Below are positions 1-10,181 of a DNA stretch of 64,000 bases, piece by piece (the first letter of the stretch is position 1; each line of letters begins with the position of its first letter). The notes beneath the pieces are model-generated. The model ran no database searches and had not been told where the DNA came from. It was given only the letters and a program-made list of their open reading frames with translations. The stretch spans positions 800,001-864,000 of the forward strand of contig OZ241329.1 of the NCBI GenBank assembly GCA_965199825.1. The letters run 5' to 3'. The DNA is from Bdellovibrionales bacterium (GTDB lineage: Bacteria; Bdellovibrionota; Bdellovibrionia; Bdellovibrionales; UBA1609). The translations under genes and the position numbers were made by a program.

Positions 1-898
1 TCGCCATCGTGCCCGCATGACGATCGGCAAAATCAATAATTTCTGAGTCATCCACAATTCGCTCGGTCATCAATTTGGAGTGCCAGTAGGAGGCCCAACC
101 TTCGTTCATGATTTTGGTCATTCCTTGAGGCGCAAAATAATAGGCCTCATCACGAATGATCGACATAATGTCTTGCTGCCAATTTTTAAGAGGTGCGGTG
201 TGAATCAAAAATTTGAGAACATCACGCTCGGGAGGAGGGGCAGCAGTCATCTGGTCTTCGCGCTTTTGCATTTCGCGCAAGTATTCGGGCGGATTGATGT
301 AACCTTCCATATAGTCGCGGTGCACTTTGAGTTTTCCAGGCGCCGACTTTTCACTGGGTGGAGGAAGCACATCTTCTTTTATTTTAATTTGTGAATAGGG
401 AGAGTAGCGATCGATCAAATTTTCGATGCTTAAGCACTTATCAATAAAATCTTCGACCACATCCACACCCATCCGATCAATGTAGCGGCGGATGCGGGTG
501 GAGTGATTGGCCATTGCATCCATCATTTTGCGATTGGTCTGCGAAAACCACATATTGTTTTTAAAAAAATCGCAGTGGCCAAATACATGGGCCATCACCA
601 ATTTTTGATCGATAAATTCATTGCCCTCCATCAGATAGGCGTAACAAGGATCATTGTTGATCACGAGCTCATAGATTTTTGACAATCCATACTCATAACT
701 TTTGGACATCCGGTCGTATTCCATTCCAAAACGCCAGTGAGGGTAGCGCACCGGAAATCCGCCATAAGAGGCGATCTGATTCATTTGCTCATAAGTGACG
801 AGCTCAAAAATCGTGTCAAAAAAATCGAGGCCGACATCTGCGGCAATTTTGCAGATCTTTGCGCGCTCGCGTTCCAGTTCGGGAGTGAGGTTTGCCAT
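1..898 (-). CDS. spoVR: SpoVR family protein (YcgB-like), 3' end runs off the window
   Basis: Manual translation from ATG at 898: MANLTPELERERAKICKIAADVGLDFFDTIFELVTYEQMNQIASYGGFPVRYPHWRFGMEY, the characteristic SpoVR N-terminus. Lies directly downstream of the DUF444 and PrkA genes. Absent from the ORF track because there is no stop in the window. Confidence 0.92.
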   Translation of the reverse strand, partial: MANLTPELERERAKICKIAADVGLDFFDTIFELVTYEQMNQIASYGGFPVRYPHWRFGMEYDRMSKSYEYGLSKIYELVINNDPCYAYLMEGNEFIDQKLVMAHVFGHCDFFKNNMWFSQTNRKMMDAMANHSTRIRRYIDRMGVDVVEDFIDKCLSIENLIDRYSPYSQIKIKEDVLPPPSEKSAPGKLKVHRDYMEGYINPPEYLREMQKREDQMTAAPPPERDVLKFLIHTAPLKNWQQDIMSIIRDEAYYFAPQGMTKIMNEGWASYWHSKLMTERIVDDSEIIDFADRHAGTMA

Positions 899-1987
899 TT
901 ATTTTCCCTTGCCGAGAAAATCCTTTATCGACTGCAAAATGCGATCGCGGTTTTCTATACGGCTCATCACAAGGTTTTCTTCATTGGTAAAAGATTTTTC
1001 AAGATCCTTAATAAACTGACCACTGCCGTATTTGCTCTCGACCTGGCCATAGCCAAACATATTTGTTTTTGGCAAAAAGAATTCTTTTAGCAATGCAATA
1101 CAGGCCTTGGTGTCCTCACCGCTCCAATTGTCGCCATCACTAAAATGAAATGGATAAATGTTCCACTGACTTGGAGGGTAATCGGTCTCAATAATTTGTT
1201 TACACAATTTGTAGGCCGAAGAAATCAGAGTTCCGCCCGATTCGGATGTCGAAAAAAACGTTTTCTCGTCAACCTCTTTGGCTGCGGCATCGTGAATAAT
1301 AAAACGGCTGTCGAGTCCTTTGTAGTTTCGTCTGAGCCACGTGTTGATCCAAAAACTCTCGAGGCGAACGATCTCTTTTTGCTCGTCACCCATCGACCCT
1401 GAGACATCCATCATATAAATCACGACCGCATTGGATTGCGGCTTTACCGATTTTTTTGAAGCGCGATACCGAAAATCTCTGCGGATCGGCACGATCACCG
1501 GATTGTTTGGATCATAGTTGCCGGTAGACATATAGCGCTTGAGAGCTTCTTTATAGGAGGATTTAAAATGGCGCAGCGACTCGGGCCCCACTTGCGATCG
1601 ACCGGTATAAGAATGAGTAACGCTATCAATATTTTTATTACCGCGCGACTGAATCCGCGGAAGCTCAAGCTCCTCGCCTAAAATATCGGCAAGCTCTTCA
1701 AAGCTAAGTTCGACTTCGAGCTCATGCTCACCGGGCTGATCGCCGGCTTCGCCCTTGCCCGACTCTTCAACTCCGTCGCCGGGTTGACCTTGTCCTTGGC
1801 CAACTCCACCCGATTGTTTTGGCCCATAACGAAAGCGCGGAATTTCAATCTGTGGGATCGGAATCTTGACGTACTCATTTTCGCGCTTACCGATCATTTC
1901 GCCATGGGTGACATACTTTTTGAAATTCTCTTTGATCCGTCCCCGCACAACATCGCGAAATCGACTGTGATCTTCTCGAATTCCCAT
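899..1987 (-). CDS. DUF444 / YhbH-YeaH family vWA-like protein
   Basis: 362 aa with G/Q-rich linker and [13 protein letters not shown] and [11 protein letters not shown] motifs; conserved position between prkA and spoVR. Confidence 0.92.
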   Translation of the reverse strand: MGIREDHSRFRDVVRGRIKENFKKYVTHGEMIGKRENEYVKIPIPQIEIPRFRYGPKQSGGVGQGQGQPGDGVEESGKGEAGDQPGEHELEVELSFEELADILGEELELPRIQSRGNKNIDSVTHSYTGRSQVGPESLRHFKSSYKEALKRYMSTGNYDPNNPVIVPIRRDFRYRASKKSVKPQSNAVVIYMMDVSGSMGDEQKEIVRLESFWINTWLRRNYKGLDSRFIIHDAAAKEVDEKTFFSTSESGGTLISSAYKLCKQIIETDYPPSQWNIYPFHFSDGDNWSGEDTKACIALLKEFFLPKTNMFGYGQVESKYGSGQFIKDLEKSFTNEENLVMSRIENRDRILQSIKDFLGKGK

Positions 1988-1991
1988 AAAG

Positions 1992-4079
1992 CTATTTTTT
2001 ATCTTTCACATCACCACGTGCAAAAATGCTGGCCACATAATGGAGCACATCGATTGCCGAGATCTCATCGTAACCGAATTCTTTGATCAATCGAGTTTTG
2101 ACGATGTCGATTTTTTCTTGAGTGTCTTTATCTGTAACAGAGCTCACCAAGGACGTGAGCTTAATGCTGTCTTTTTGATCTTCGAAAAGTTTGAGTTCTA
2201 AAGCCCGATGCAGTCGCTCATTTGTTTTGTAATCAAATTTTTTACCTTCGAGAGACAATGCTCCGATGTAATTCATAATCTCACGGCGAAAATCATCTTT
2301 GCGTGATTCTGGAATTTCAATTTTGTCTTCAATTGATCGCATCAATCTTTCATCCGGCTCATCGTCCTGTCCGGTAAACTGATTTCGTACGCGCTCTTTT
2401 TGTGTGTAAGCCTTGACGTTGTCGATATAGTTTCCACACAAGCGTTGAAGTGCACCTTCGTCAGCCGAAATGGCTCGCTGCACTTCGGATTTAATGATCT
2501 CCTCATACTCTTGCTTCACCACACTTAAGAGTTCGCGGTAATCGGTTTTTAATTCTTCATTCGCAATCAGAGAGTGGTGCTTTAACCCAGCCTCGAGCTC
2601 ATTCATCACCATAAAAGGATTTACCGATCCCTTATTTCTTTGTTGCGCCATCACGATTGCGTTTGAAAGTTTGTCTTGAATGTAGCGAGGAGAAATCCCT
2701 CCAAGCCCTTCGCGTTTTGCATCTTTTCTTAACTCTTTGATATTGTCTTCGGTGTAGCTCGGAAGACTTTTGCCATCATATAATTTAAGTTTTTGAAGAC
2801 GGGTGAGATTTGCTTTTTTTGGTTTTTCTAAACGAGTGAGAATGGCCCACATCGCACCCATTTCAACCGTGTGCGGTGCAATGCTCACACCGCGAAGAAC
2901 CCGGCTATTAAAATCCTTGCGATAGATTTTAACTTCGTCTCGCAATTTTGTGATGTAGGGAATATCAATTTTGACGGTGCGATCCCTTAAGGCTTCCATA
3001 AACTCATTGTCTTGAAGTTTGCGATACTCAGGCTCGTTGGTATGCCCAATAATCACTTCGTCGATATAAGTTTGAGCAAACTTTTTTGGTTTAATTCTGT
3101 GCTCTTGCGAAGCTCCCAAAAGATCATACAGAAACGCGACATCGAGTTTTAAAACTTCAACAAATTCAATCATGCCGCGATTGGCGATATTGAATTCACC
3201 ATCAAAGTTAAATGCTCTTGGATCAGAATCCGATCCATATTCGGCGATTTTGCGATAATTCATATCGCCGGTGAGTTCGGTGGAGTCTTGGTTTTTTTCA
3301 TCTTTGGGTTGAAAGGTTCCGATTCCTACCCGATCGGCTTCGCTTAACACCAATCGTTTGACTCGCACGTGGCTCAAAACTTTTGAAACATCGCCATTAT
3401 AAATATCCATCAGTTTTTTAAAAATAAATCGGCTTGGCGGACAGAGCTCTCCTTTGATCTGCACCCGAAACTCGGTTTTGTTTCCGCGATTAAGTTCTTC
3501 ACAAATTTTGGCGCGCATCTCTTCAGGAATCAGTAGCAGAGGCTCTTCGTGCATCGGACTTGGAAACACTTTGACGTTGGGTCCCAGCACATCTTCAAAG
3601 CGGCCCTCTTCATCAAACCACTCGAAAGTATAAAGGGCACCCTGATCGGTTTTTGCGTATTTCTCCACACCTTGTTTGAGCAAGCGACAGATTGTCGACT
3701 TCGCACTTCCCACAGGGCCATGAAGAAGAATGACTCGCTTTTCGGTTCCATAGCCCAAGGCCGCAGCTCTCAAAACATTGACCAATTTCATCAACGGAAT
3801 TTCTGCGCCGAACACAGCGTCGCGTCCGTCATTTTCTTCGTCATCAAAAAAGCGATAATGGGTCATTTGTTTTTTAACGTCGGTGTAATTCTCAACACCT
3901 TTTTCGATCACAAGATCATACATGCGCTGAAAGGCATTGCGCGTGACCTTTGGATTTTCACGAATCAAATTGAGATAATCATCAAATGTTCCAGACCAAC
4001 TGAGATCTTGAAACATTTTGTTATCTTGTAAGGACTTGATGAGTGCGGAATAATCCACACGACCTGAATTGCCCGCCAT
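1992..4079 (-). CDS. prkA: PrkA/YeaG family serine protein kinase (AAA+ type)
   Basis: 695 aa; [12 protein letters not shown]alker [34 protein letters not shown] upstream. Confidence 0.95.
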   Translation of the reverse strand: MAGNSGRVDYSALIKSLQDNKMFQDLSWSGTFDDYLNLIRENPKVTRNAFQRMYDLVIEKGVENYTDVKKQMTHYRFFDDEENDGRDAVFGAEIPLMKLVNVLRAAALGYGTEKRVILLHGPVGSAKSTICRLLKQGVEKYAKTDQGALYTFEWFDEEGRFEDVLGPNVKVFPSPMHEEPLLLIPEEMRAKICEELNRGNKTEFRVQIKGELCPPSRFIFKKLMDIYNGDVSKVLSHVRVKRLVLSEADRVGIGTFQPKDEKNQDSTELTGDMNYRKIAEYGSDSDPRAFNFDGEFNIANRGMIEFVEVLKLDVAFLYDLLGASQEHRIKPKKFAQTYIDEVIIGHTNEPEYRKLQDNEFMEALRDRTVKIDIPYITKLRDEVKIYRKDFNSRVLRGVSIAPHTVEMGAMWAILTRLEKPKKANLTRLQKLKLYDGKSLPSYTEDNIKELRKDAKREGLGGISPRYIQDKLSNAIVMAQQRNKGSVNPFMVMNELEAGLKHHSLIANEELKTDYRELLSVVKQEYEEIIKSEVQRAISADEGALQRLCGNYIDNVKAYTQKERVRNQFTGQDDEPDERLMRSIEDKIEIPESRKDDFRREIMNYIGALSLEGKKFDYKTNERLHRALELKLFEDQKDSIKLTSLVSSVTDKDTQEKIDIVKTRLIKEFGYDEISAIDVLHYVASIFARGDVKDKK

Positions 4080-4217
4080 GTGCTAACCTCCTCGAACTTA
4101 CACTTAAGTATGCATGAAAGGCGAAGGGGGTACCAATGAATCTACGACCCCGACTAATGACTAGGAATGCTCTGTAGTGTTCAAAGGGTTTTGCAATGAA
4201 CGGTTGAGCGGCAGCAG

Positions 4218-5042
4218 CTAGTGGCTATTCTGATGGTGGGCACGATGATGCCCCGAACAAAGAATTGTTAGGTTATCTAGTTCGTTCGTCCCGCCTTCTA
4301 ATATCGGTTTGATATGATGAATATCAATATGTCGCCGCTGCTGGCAGCGCACGCCGTTTTCATCAACATGCATGCATTGACTAGCGCATTTGTGCTGAAC
4401 TTGACGCTTGAGGATGACAGTCATTTTTTGTGAGCCAGTTTTCACAGGTGGGCACGATTTTTTTAGTGGGTCGTTTTTTGATAAAGCGGTTCGGGTGTTA
4501 TCTACCATCGTTTCTTGAATCGTTGCCGCGTGTCCTAATCGCTGACTCAAAAGATCACGCGAGCGTTCGAAGTCTTTAAATTCTTCCAAAGTCATAGCAA
4601 ACCGGATGTCCACTTGGAGTTCATCCCCCGCGTTATAAAGTCGTGCACGCTCTTTGAGTTTTTTTGCGGGTGAGGCTTTTGCCACTTCTTTTTCGAGAGC
4701 ACGCTTGGAGCCCTGTGCAAGTTTCAACCAATGTTCGGCATTTTTAGGAGTGATCACACTGCAAATTCGATTGGCTTTGGAGATCGAAAGTTGGCCCGAC
4801 GCAATTTGTGATTTGAGCTGTGGAATGACGGCACATTTTTTAGCAATTTTATTAAAAATGCTGGTGAGCTCTTCAGACATATTAAGTTTGTTGCAAGTAA
4901 AATCAAAAAGTGATCGACATCCATAAACGTAATGGGTTTTTGCTCGCCAAACATTTTCTATTGATAAGACCAATTCAACATCTGAAATATTTTTGGCCGA
5001 CACAGCTTTGAGTGCTCGAGAATAAATTTTTTGATGATCCAC
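4218..5042 (-). CDS. HNH endonuclease (paralog 1, most divergent copy)
   Basis: C-terminal CxH..RC..RRHIDIHHIKP..GG....NLTILCSGHHRAHH HNH domain; N-terminus homologous to the ORFs at 27474 and 41266 (YGCRSLF motif); RBS AAATAGGAG before GTG. Confidence 0.88.
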   Translation of the reverse strand: MDHQKIYSRALKAVSAKNISDVELVLSIENVWRAKTHYVYGCRSLFDFTCNKLNMSEELTSIFNKIAKKCAVIPQLKSQIASGQLSISKANRICSVITPKNAEHWLKLAQGSKRALEKEVAKASPAKKLKERARLYNAGDELQVDIRFAMTLEEFKDFERSRDLLSQRLGHAATIQETMVDNTRTALSKNDPLKKSCPPVKTGSQKMTVILKRQVQHKCASQCMHVDENGVRCQQRRHIDIHHIKPILEGGTNELDNLTILCSGHHRAHHQNSH

Positions 5043-5134
5043 AATTCGCTCCTATTTAATAAAGCGAAATATATCATAAAAAATATGCGCTGCAAATTGA
5101 TATAAATAAATATTGTAGGTTATTTCTCAAGCGA

Positions 5135-5360
5135 AATTTCCGGCGGTGATATTATCTTTATCAAAAGTTTGAGCGGGCACGATACTTGATCGCTAATTCA
5201 AACCGAAACATTTCGCACACCAGTAGACAGCGCTAGCCCTGGTTACAAATCATAGATGATAAAAACGGTGTGGTTTGTTATTCAACCGAAAAAATGATTT
5301 CGTGCATGAAGGTGAAATAAGATATTGGAAAATGTCGCTCAAGCGAGCGGGCACGATCAC
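5135..5360 (+). repeat. HNH-1 leader with GCGGGCACGA motif copies
   Basis: GCGGGCACGA at 5173 and 5347, plus accessory AATTTCCGGCGG at 5135, within a non-coding AT-rich 410-bp gap upstream of HNH-1. Confidence 0.75.
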
Positions 5361-5454
5361 CGCTACTCATAGATCAGGAATGAAGATCCTGAAAAGCGAG
5401 TTCGGCTTGGCATAAGATTGCGAAAGCAATCGAATGTCTGAGCTTTTAAGCATC

Positions 5455-6090
5455 TCAAGGTTTTTCTAAACTAAACAATCCCTCGCGCGCATCAATCTTA
5501 GGCGAATAGTTTTGAAAGTTCATCTGTAAGCTTCCCAATTCATGCGACACCATGACGGTTCGCTTATCTGCAAATCGGTCGCTCACTTTGATTTCGAGAT
5601 GATGAGGAATTTCTTGGCAAGTTTTTAGCAAACCTTTTTCATCGTTCGAACATTTCCAGTCTGCACTTTGAACAGGTCGATCAAATAAAATATTATAAAA
5701 CCAGTGCGGATCCATTGGGATTGGCAAAACGTTTTTTAGACTCTCTGGTTTTGCGGGCCCAACAAAAAACTTTTTCTGAGGGACTACGACGTACCGAAGC
5801 TCGTCGCCATTCAAAACAATTGTTGCAACATGCCCACCAAGACTTGAGGTGAGATCAATGCGCAAATGCTCGTCGCTGACCGCATTGGCTTTCATGTAAA
5901 GAATAAAAGTTTTTTGATTTTTAAGATCGCGAACCAAAACCTTGGCTTCAAAATGCCCTGAGGTTTTGTCGGATAATTTTACGGGTGTTGTTTGACAGTT
6001 AGTGAGAAGCAGGCTCGCGCAAAGTGGTATCGACCACTTGATGATCCACTGCTGCCAGTTTGCTACGGATTTCTTGAAGTTTCTTTTCAT
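5455..6090 (-). CDS. Putative outer-membrane lipoprotein, LolB/DUF4292-like
   Basis: Lipobox-like LLLTNC followed by a beta-rich domain (LRIDLTSSLGGHVATI). Follows a TPR gene, as lolB usually does. Start moved to MKRNF at 6090; the ORF track extends to 6294. Confidence 0.6.
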   Translation of the reverse strand: MKRNFKKSVANWQQWIIKWSIPLCASLLLTNCQTTPVKLSDKTSGHFEAKVLVRDLKNQKTFILYMKANAVSDEHLRIDLTSSLGGHVATIVLNGDELRYVVVPQKKFFVGPAKPESLKNVLPIPMDPHWFYNILFDRPVQSADWKCSNDEKGLLKTCQEIPHHLEIKVSDRFADKRTVMVSHELGSLQMNFQNYSPKIDAREGLFSLEKP

Positions 6091-7792
6091 CTTTCTCGGT
6101 CTCCACCGCTCGTCGGTACATGCTTTTTGCTTTGTCCACAAGCTGGAGTCGATAATAAACGTCGCCAAGGTGTTCGGCAATAATGCTTTCTTGAGGGCCC
6201 ACATTTGCGGCTTCTTCCAAAAATTTAAGCGATTGGTCAAATTCGCCTTTTTTAAAGTGAATCCATCCAATGGTATCCAAGATAAATGGATCATGCGGTT
6301 GAAGGGTCAATGCTTTTTCTGCAAGCTGCTCGGCTTTATCGAGTTCATGACCCTGTTGCGCATACGTGTAAGCCAAAAAATTGAGAGCTTGAACATGTTC
6401 GGGCTCTAATTTGAGGACGGTGTTCATTTCATCAATGCACTTGTCGGCTTTGTCCAAACGATCGGCCATTAATCCAAGATAAAAGTGGAGTTGTGGATTC
6501 AGTGGAAATTGAATCGTTGCGCTGGTGAGCATATTGAATGCGGTGCTTGATTCTTTTTGCTCATCTAGGATGGCGGCATAAAAAGCGTAAAGCTGGGGCT
6601 GGTCGTGACGTTCGCTTAAAGCTTTTTCGACAACCTTACGTGCTAAGCGCAGATCTGTTTTTTTGATGATCGATGCACTGTGGATAATAGCGTCGGGATA
6701 AAATTGGCTGTTTGAGGGAACAAGTTTAAAATGATCAAGAGCTTTATTGGTTTGCTGAATTTCTTCGTAAACGGCTCCAAGATAAAAACGAATCTTGTCG
6801 CTCTCAGGGGCTTGAACAATAATGTCTTCGAGTAAAACAACTGCACGCGGATACTCTTTGCGTTCAACCAAGAGCAAAGCAATTTTTAATTTTAGGGTCA
6901 AATTGTCATGCTCTAAATTATCGACAACCTCGAGTTCAACCAAAGCGTGATCGATATCTTCTTTTTCTAAATAATAGGAGGCAAGCTCTTGAGCCACATC
7001 ATGGTTTGGTCCGTAATGATCTTCAAAATCTCTTAATACTTTGATCATCGCCTCAATTTTATTCTGATCTTTAAGATTAGCGGCGAGATCTAAAATTGCC
7101 ACATCTAATCCGGGCTTGATGCTCAAAGCTTTTCGAAATGCGGCTTCGGCGTCTTTTAATTTTCCCATTTGTTCATAAACTTTACCTTCGAACAAAAAGG
7201 CTTGTGCGCGCTCGGGATTGTCTTTTTGATTGCTGAGCTCTTTGAAAATGGCAATCGCTTCGTCGTATCTTTTTTGCTCGGCCAACACGGCGGCTTTTAA
7301 AACTTTGGCAGAGGTATTGTCAGGATCAATTCTCAAAGCTTCTGTGTATTGAACCAAAGCTTTTTCATAAATTTTGAGTGTGCAGTAAATTTCGCCCAAT
7401 GCGAGATGAGTCCGAAGTGTGTCGGGCTCAATTTCAACCGCAATTTCGGCTTGCTCTAAAGATTCTGTCATTGCTTGAGTCTTTGCATACTCGCCAGCAA
7501 GGCGGAGATGTATCCCTGCAGCCTTTGGATCATAAATGGTTGCAAGCTTGAATTCTTCAATCGCTTCGGTTGATTTGCCGTCGAGACTCAAAGCCTCGCC
7601 CAAAGTGAAGTGATAATCAGCCTGGCTGCGAAGATATACTGGATCAAGGTTTGGATTTTTTAAATCCTCGCTCGGTGGTGTCATTGAGCGTGGTGCAAGA
7701 TTTGATAAGTTCTCAAAATTTTTAGTTTGTGATGCGCAACCCGCACAGATGAGTAAGAAAAGAGCACCACAAAATTTTATTTTCACCATCAT
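5999..7792 (-). CDS. Tetratricopeptide repeat lipoprotein
   Basis: Many TPR helices (ALNFLAYTYA, ILDTIGWIHFKKG, EHLGDVY) and lipobox ICAGC. Likely start MMVKIK near 7792; the ORF track extends to 7840. Confidence 0.88.
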   Translation of the reverse strand: MMVKIKFCGALFLLICAGCASQTKNFENLSNLAPRSMTPPSEDLKNPNLDPVYLRSQADYHFTLGEALSLDGKSTEAIEEFKLATIYDPKAAGIHLRLAGEYAKTQAMTESLEQAEIAVEIEPDTLRTHLALGEIYCTLKIYEKALVQYTEALRIDPDNTSAKVLKAAVLAEQKRYDEAIAIFKELSNQKDNPERAQAFLFEGKVYEQMGKLKDAEAAFRKALSIKPGLDVAILDLAANLKDQNKIEAMIKVLRDFEDHYGPNHDVAQELASYYLEKEDIDHALVELEVVDNLEHDNLTLKLKIALLLVERKEYPRAVVLLEDIIVQAPESDKIRFYLGAVYEEIQQTNKALDHFKLVPSNSQFYPDAIIHSASIIKKTDLRLARKVVEKALSERHDQPQLYAFYAAILDEQKESSTAFNMLTSATIQFPLNPQLHFYLGLMADRLDKADKCIDEMNTVLKLEPEHVQALNFLAYTYAQQGHELDKAEQLAEKALTLQPHDPFILDTIGWIHFKKGEFDQSLKFLEEAANVGPQESIIAEHLGDVYYRLQLVDKAKSMYRRAVETEKDEKKLQEIRSKLAAVDHQVVDTTLREPASH

Positions 7793-8006
7793 ACATTTAT
7801 TTCGGATGCTCGAAGATGTCGCATAAGGCTTGTGTTTCATTTCTGGTCAAAGGCTTGGGCAATTCGCCAAGGACCAGGTTTTAAGCTCGACTTGACAGGT
7901 TGTGACGCGCGGGAATATGTTCAGCGCGATTTGGGGGGCCGCTTTGGTCACCTTTTGTGACCAGTCCAGGGTCGACATTTAGTGGTTATTCTTTGAGGGA
8001 GGCATT

Positions 8007-8543
8007 GTGAATCAAGAGACGGTAATGACGAGCAAGGCAAACAGCAGAACTAAAATAATCAAGCGATATCAAAATCGAAAACTCTACGACACTCAGCAAT
8101 CCTGTTACGTGACTTTAGACGACATCGCAAAAATGATTCGCTCGAGCGAAGACGTGATGGTGATCGATAATAAAAGCAAAAATGATATTACTGCTGCAAC
8201 TCTCACCCAAATTATTTTTGAATCCGAAAAGAAAGCTTCGCAGTACGCTCCCTTGTTTACGCTTCGTGAAATTATCCAAAACGGAAACGGCAGCATCTCT
8301 AGCTTTTTGGCAAAACTTGGCGCATTTCCTAAAGACTATGCCGAAAAACAAACCCAAGCTTTGGGCGAGATGATGAACTCCGATCGTAACGACTCACGCA
8401 GCTCTTACGATGATGTGAAGCAAACCCTCGAAGAACGTGTCGCAACCGCAGCCAACGCGGCCACGTCGTCAGATTCAAGCCAACGCGGCTACAATGAGCT
8501 TACTCCTGAGCTTCCATCGTCAAATAAAGGTTTTAACAACTAA
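8007..8543 (+). CDS. PhaR-like PHA-synthesis-regulator DNA-binding domain protein
   Basis: IIKRYQNRKLYDTQQSCYVTLDDIAKMIR...VIDNKSKNDIT...LTQIIFE matches the PHB_acc_N domain; RBS GAGGGAGG. Confidence 0.85.
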   Translation: MNQETVMTSKANSRTKIIKRYQNRKLYDTQQSCYVTLDDIAKMIRSSEDVMVIDNKSKNDITAATLTQIIFESEKKASQYAPLFTLREIIQNGNGSISSFLAKLGAFPKDYAEKQTQALGEMMNSDRNDSRSSYDDVKQTLEERVATAANAATSSDSSQRGYNELTPELPSSNKGFNN

Positions 8544-8550
8544 TCATTTA

Positions 8551-8590
8551 TCTGCGTGCAACTTTTTGTTCACGCAGAGTCCTTTTTAAT
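8551..8590 (+). terminator. Probable intrinsic terminator after the phaR-like gene
   Basis: Stem TCTGCGTG (8551) / CACGCAGA (8571) followed by T-rich sequence. Confidence 0.6.
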
Positions 8591-8623
8591 TTTTGCGGCA
8601 TTTTGATTTTGAACTGATGTTGA

Positions 8624-8902
8624 TCGTGAGCACGACAGCTTTGTGGGCACGTAAAAATCTCGAGAGGTGTCAGTCTTTAAATGACTGGGCACGATCAGTT
8701 GAAACTATCGACTCAACAAGAGTTTAGAACACCCTTAAAGATTTCGTTAGAAGCGGGCACGATAATATCTCCGGCGATGTTATTTTATGGGTCAATTAAA
8801 AATTAGCGGGCACGATAAATTCTATCTGATTATAATACCGCGGAGATGTCATTCAAGCTTCTCTCCCACATCATGTGCACGATCAAAGGCTTCTCGAAAA
8901 AA
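8624..8902 (+). repeat. Dispersed GGGCACGA motif field (no adjacent HNH gene)
   Basis: Motif copies at 8628 (GAGCACGA), 8645 (GGGCACGT), 8687, 8753, 8806 and 8875 (GTGCACGA); accessory ATCTCCGGCG at 8767. Confidence 0.8.
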
Positions 8903-9785
8903 GTGGGCACGACAACTTACTGCGGGCACGACAACTTACTTGCGGACACGATAACTTACTTGCGGACACGATAACTTACTTGCGGACACGATAACTTACT
9001 TGCGGACACGATAACTTACTTGCGGACACGATAACTTACTTGCGGACACGATAACTTACTTGCGGACACGATAACTTACTTGCGGACACGATAACTTACT
9101 TGCGGGCACGATAACTTACTTGCGGGCACGACAACTTACTTGCGGGCACGACAACTTACTTGCGGGCACGACAACTTACTTGCGGGCACGACAACTTACT
9201 TGCGGGCACGACAACTTACTTGCGGGCACGACAACTTACTTGCGGGCACGACAACTTACTTGCGGGCACGACAACTTACTTGCGGGCACGACAACTTACT
9301 TGCGGGCACGACAACTTACTTGCGGGCACGACAACTTACTTGCGGGCACGACAACTTACTTGCGGGCACGACAACTTACTTGCGGGCACGACAACTTACT
9401 TGCGGGCACGACAACTTACTTGCGGGCACGACAACTTACTTGCGGGCACGATCACTTACTTGCGGGCACGATCACTTACTTGCGGGCACGATCACTTACT
9501 TGCGGGCACGATCACTTACTTGCGGGCACGATCACTTACTTGCGGGCACGACAACTTACTTGCGGGCACGACAACTTACTTGCGGGCACGACAACTTACT
9601 TGCGGGCACGATCACTTACTTGCGGGCACGATCACTTACTTGCGGGCACGATCACTTACTTGCGGGCACGATCACTTACTTGCGGGCACGATCACTTACT
9701 TGCGGGCACGATCACTTACTTGCGGGCACGATCACTTACTTGCGGGCACGATCACTTACTGTGGGCACGACAACTTACTTGCGGC
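8903..9785 (+). repeat. 20-bp tandem repeat array (consensus TGCGGGCACGACAACTTACT), 42 full units plus two terminal variant units
   Basis: Read directly. 8921-9760 is 42 x 20 bp in variant blocks: B x1, A (GGACACGATAA) x8, hybrid x1, B (GACAA) x16, C (GATCA) x5, B x3, C x8. An identical 19-mer GTGGGCACGACAACTTACT sits at 8903 and 9761. Confidence 0.97.
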
Positions 9786-9857
9786 AAAACCCTGAGCTCC
9801 AGCGACCGCAGTTTTAATTGTGAAGGCGTGACGAGGAAAACTTTGACTAAATAAAAA

Positions 9858-10151
9858 TCAATCGGTGATTTCTGCCTTCAAAGCCCAATCCACAATCACA
9901 TCCGAATTTGAAACCTGATCGGTCTCGATAAGAAGATTTCGATGCTCAGCAATGGCTATCGCCGTAAGGTCTCGCACCACCACAACATGTTGAGGTGACA
10001 TGGGGAGCACAACATCAAAAGCATGATCGTTTTGCTGTACGGTTGCGGTCACCACACCGCTCTCATCAATCGACAAAGCATGAGGATCGATGCTGACCCG
10101 AATGTAATCTGCTGCAAATGCCGAAAGAGCGCAAAATAAAAGTTGGAACAT
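9858..10151 (-). CDS. Small secreted hypothetical protein
   Basis: 97 aa; short signal peptide ending AFA; RBS AAGGAG. Confidence 0.65.
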   Translation of the reverse strand: MFQLLFCALSAFAADYIRVSIDPHALSIDESGVVTATVQQNDHAFDVVLPMSPQHVVVVRDLTAIAIAEHRNLLIETDQVSNSDVIVDWALKAEITD

Positions 10152-10181
10152 AGAATCTCCTTTAAAACAAAATTACTACTA

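Noticed and set aside
4080..5454. Terminal inverted repeats or target-site duplications delimiting the HNH elements as classical IS
   Set aside because: I could not find convincing TIRs or TSDs by eye at any of the three loci, so element boundaries remain undefined.
8903..9785. CRISPR array
   Set aside because: Units are head-to-tail with no unique spacers, and there are no cas genes in the window.
9120..9854. Three overlapping 211-244 aa ORFs (LRARQLTCGHDNLLAGTTTY repeats)
   Set aside because: Artefact of a stop-free 20-bp unit read in all three frames; only TTG starts inside the repeat and no RBS. The RAR and AGTT peptides match the HNH proteins only because the DNA motif is shared.
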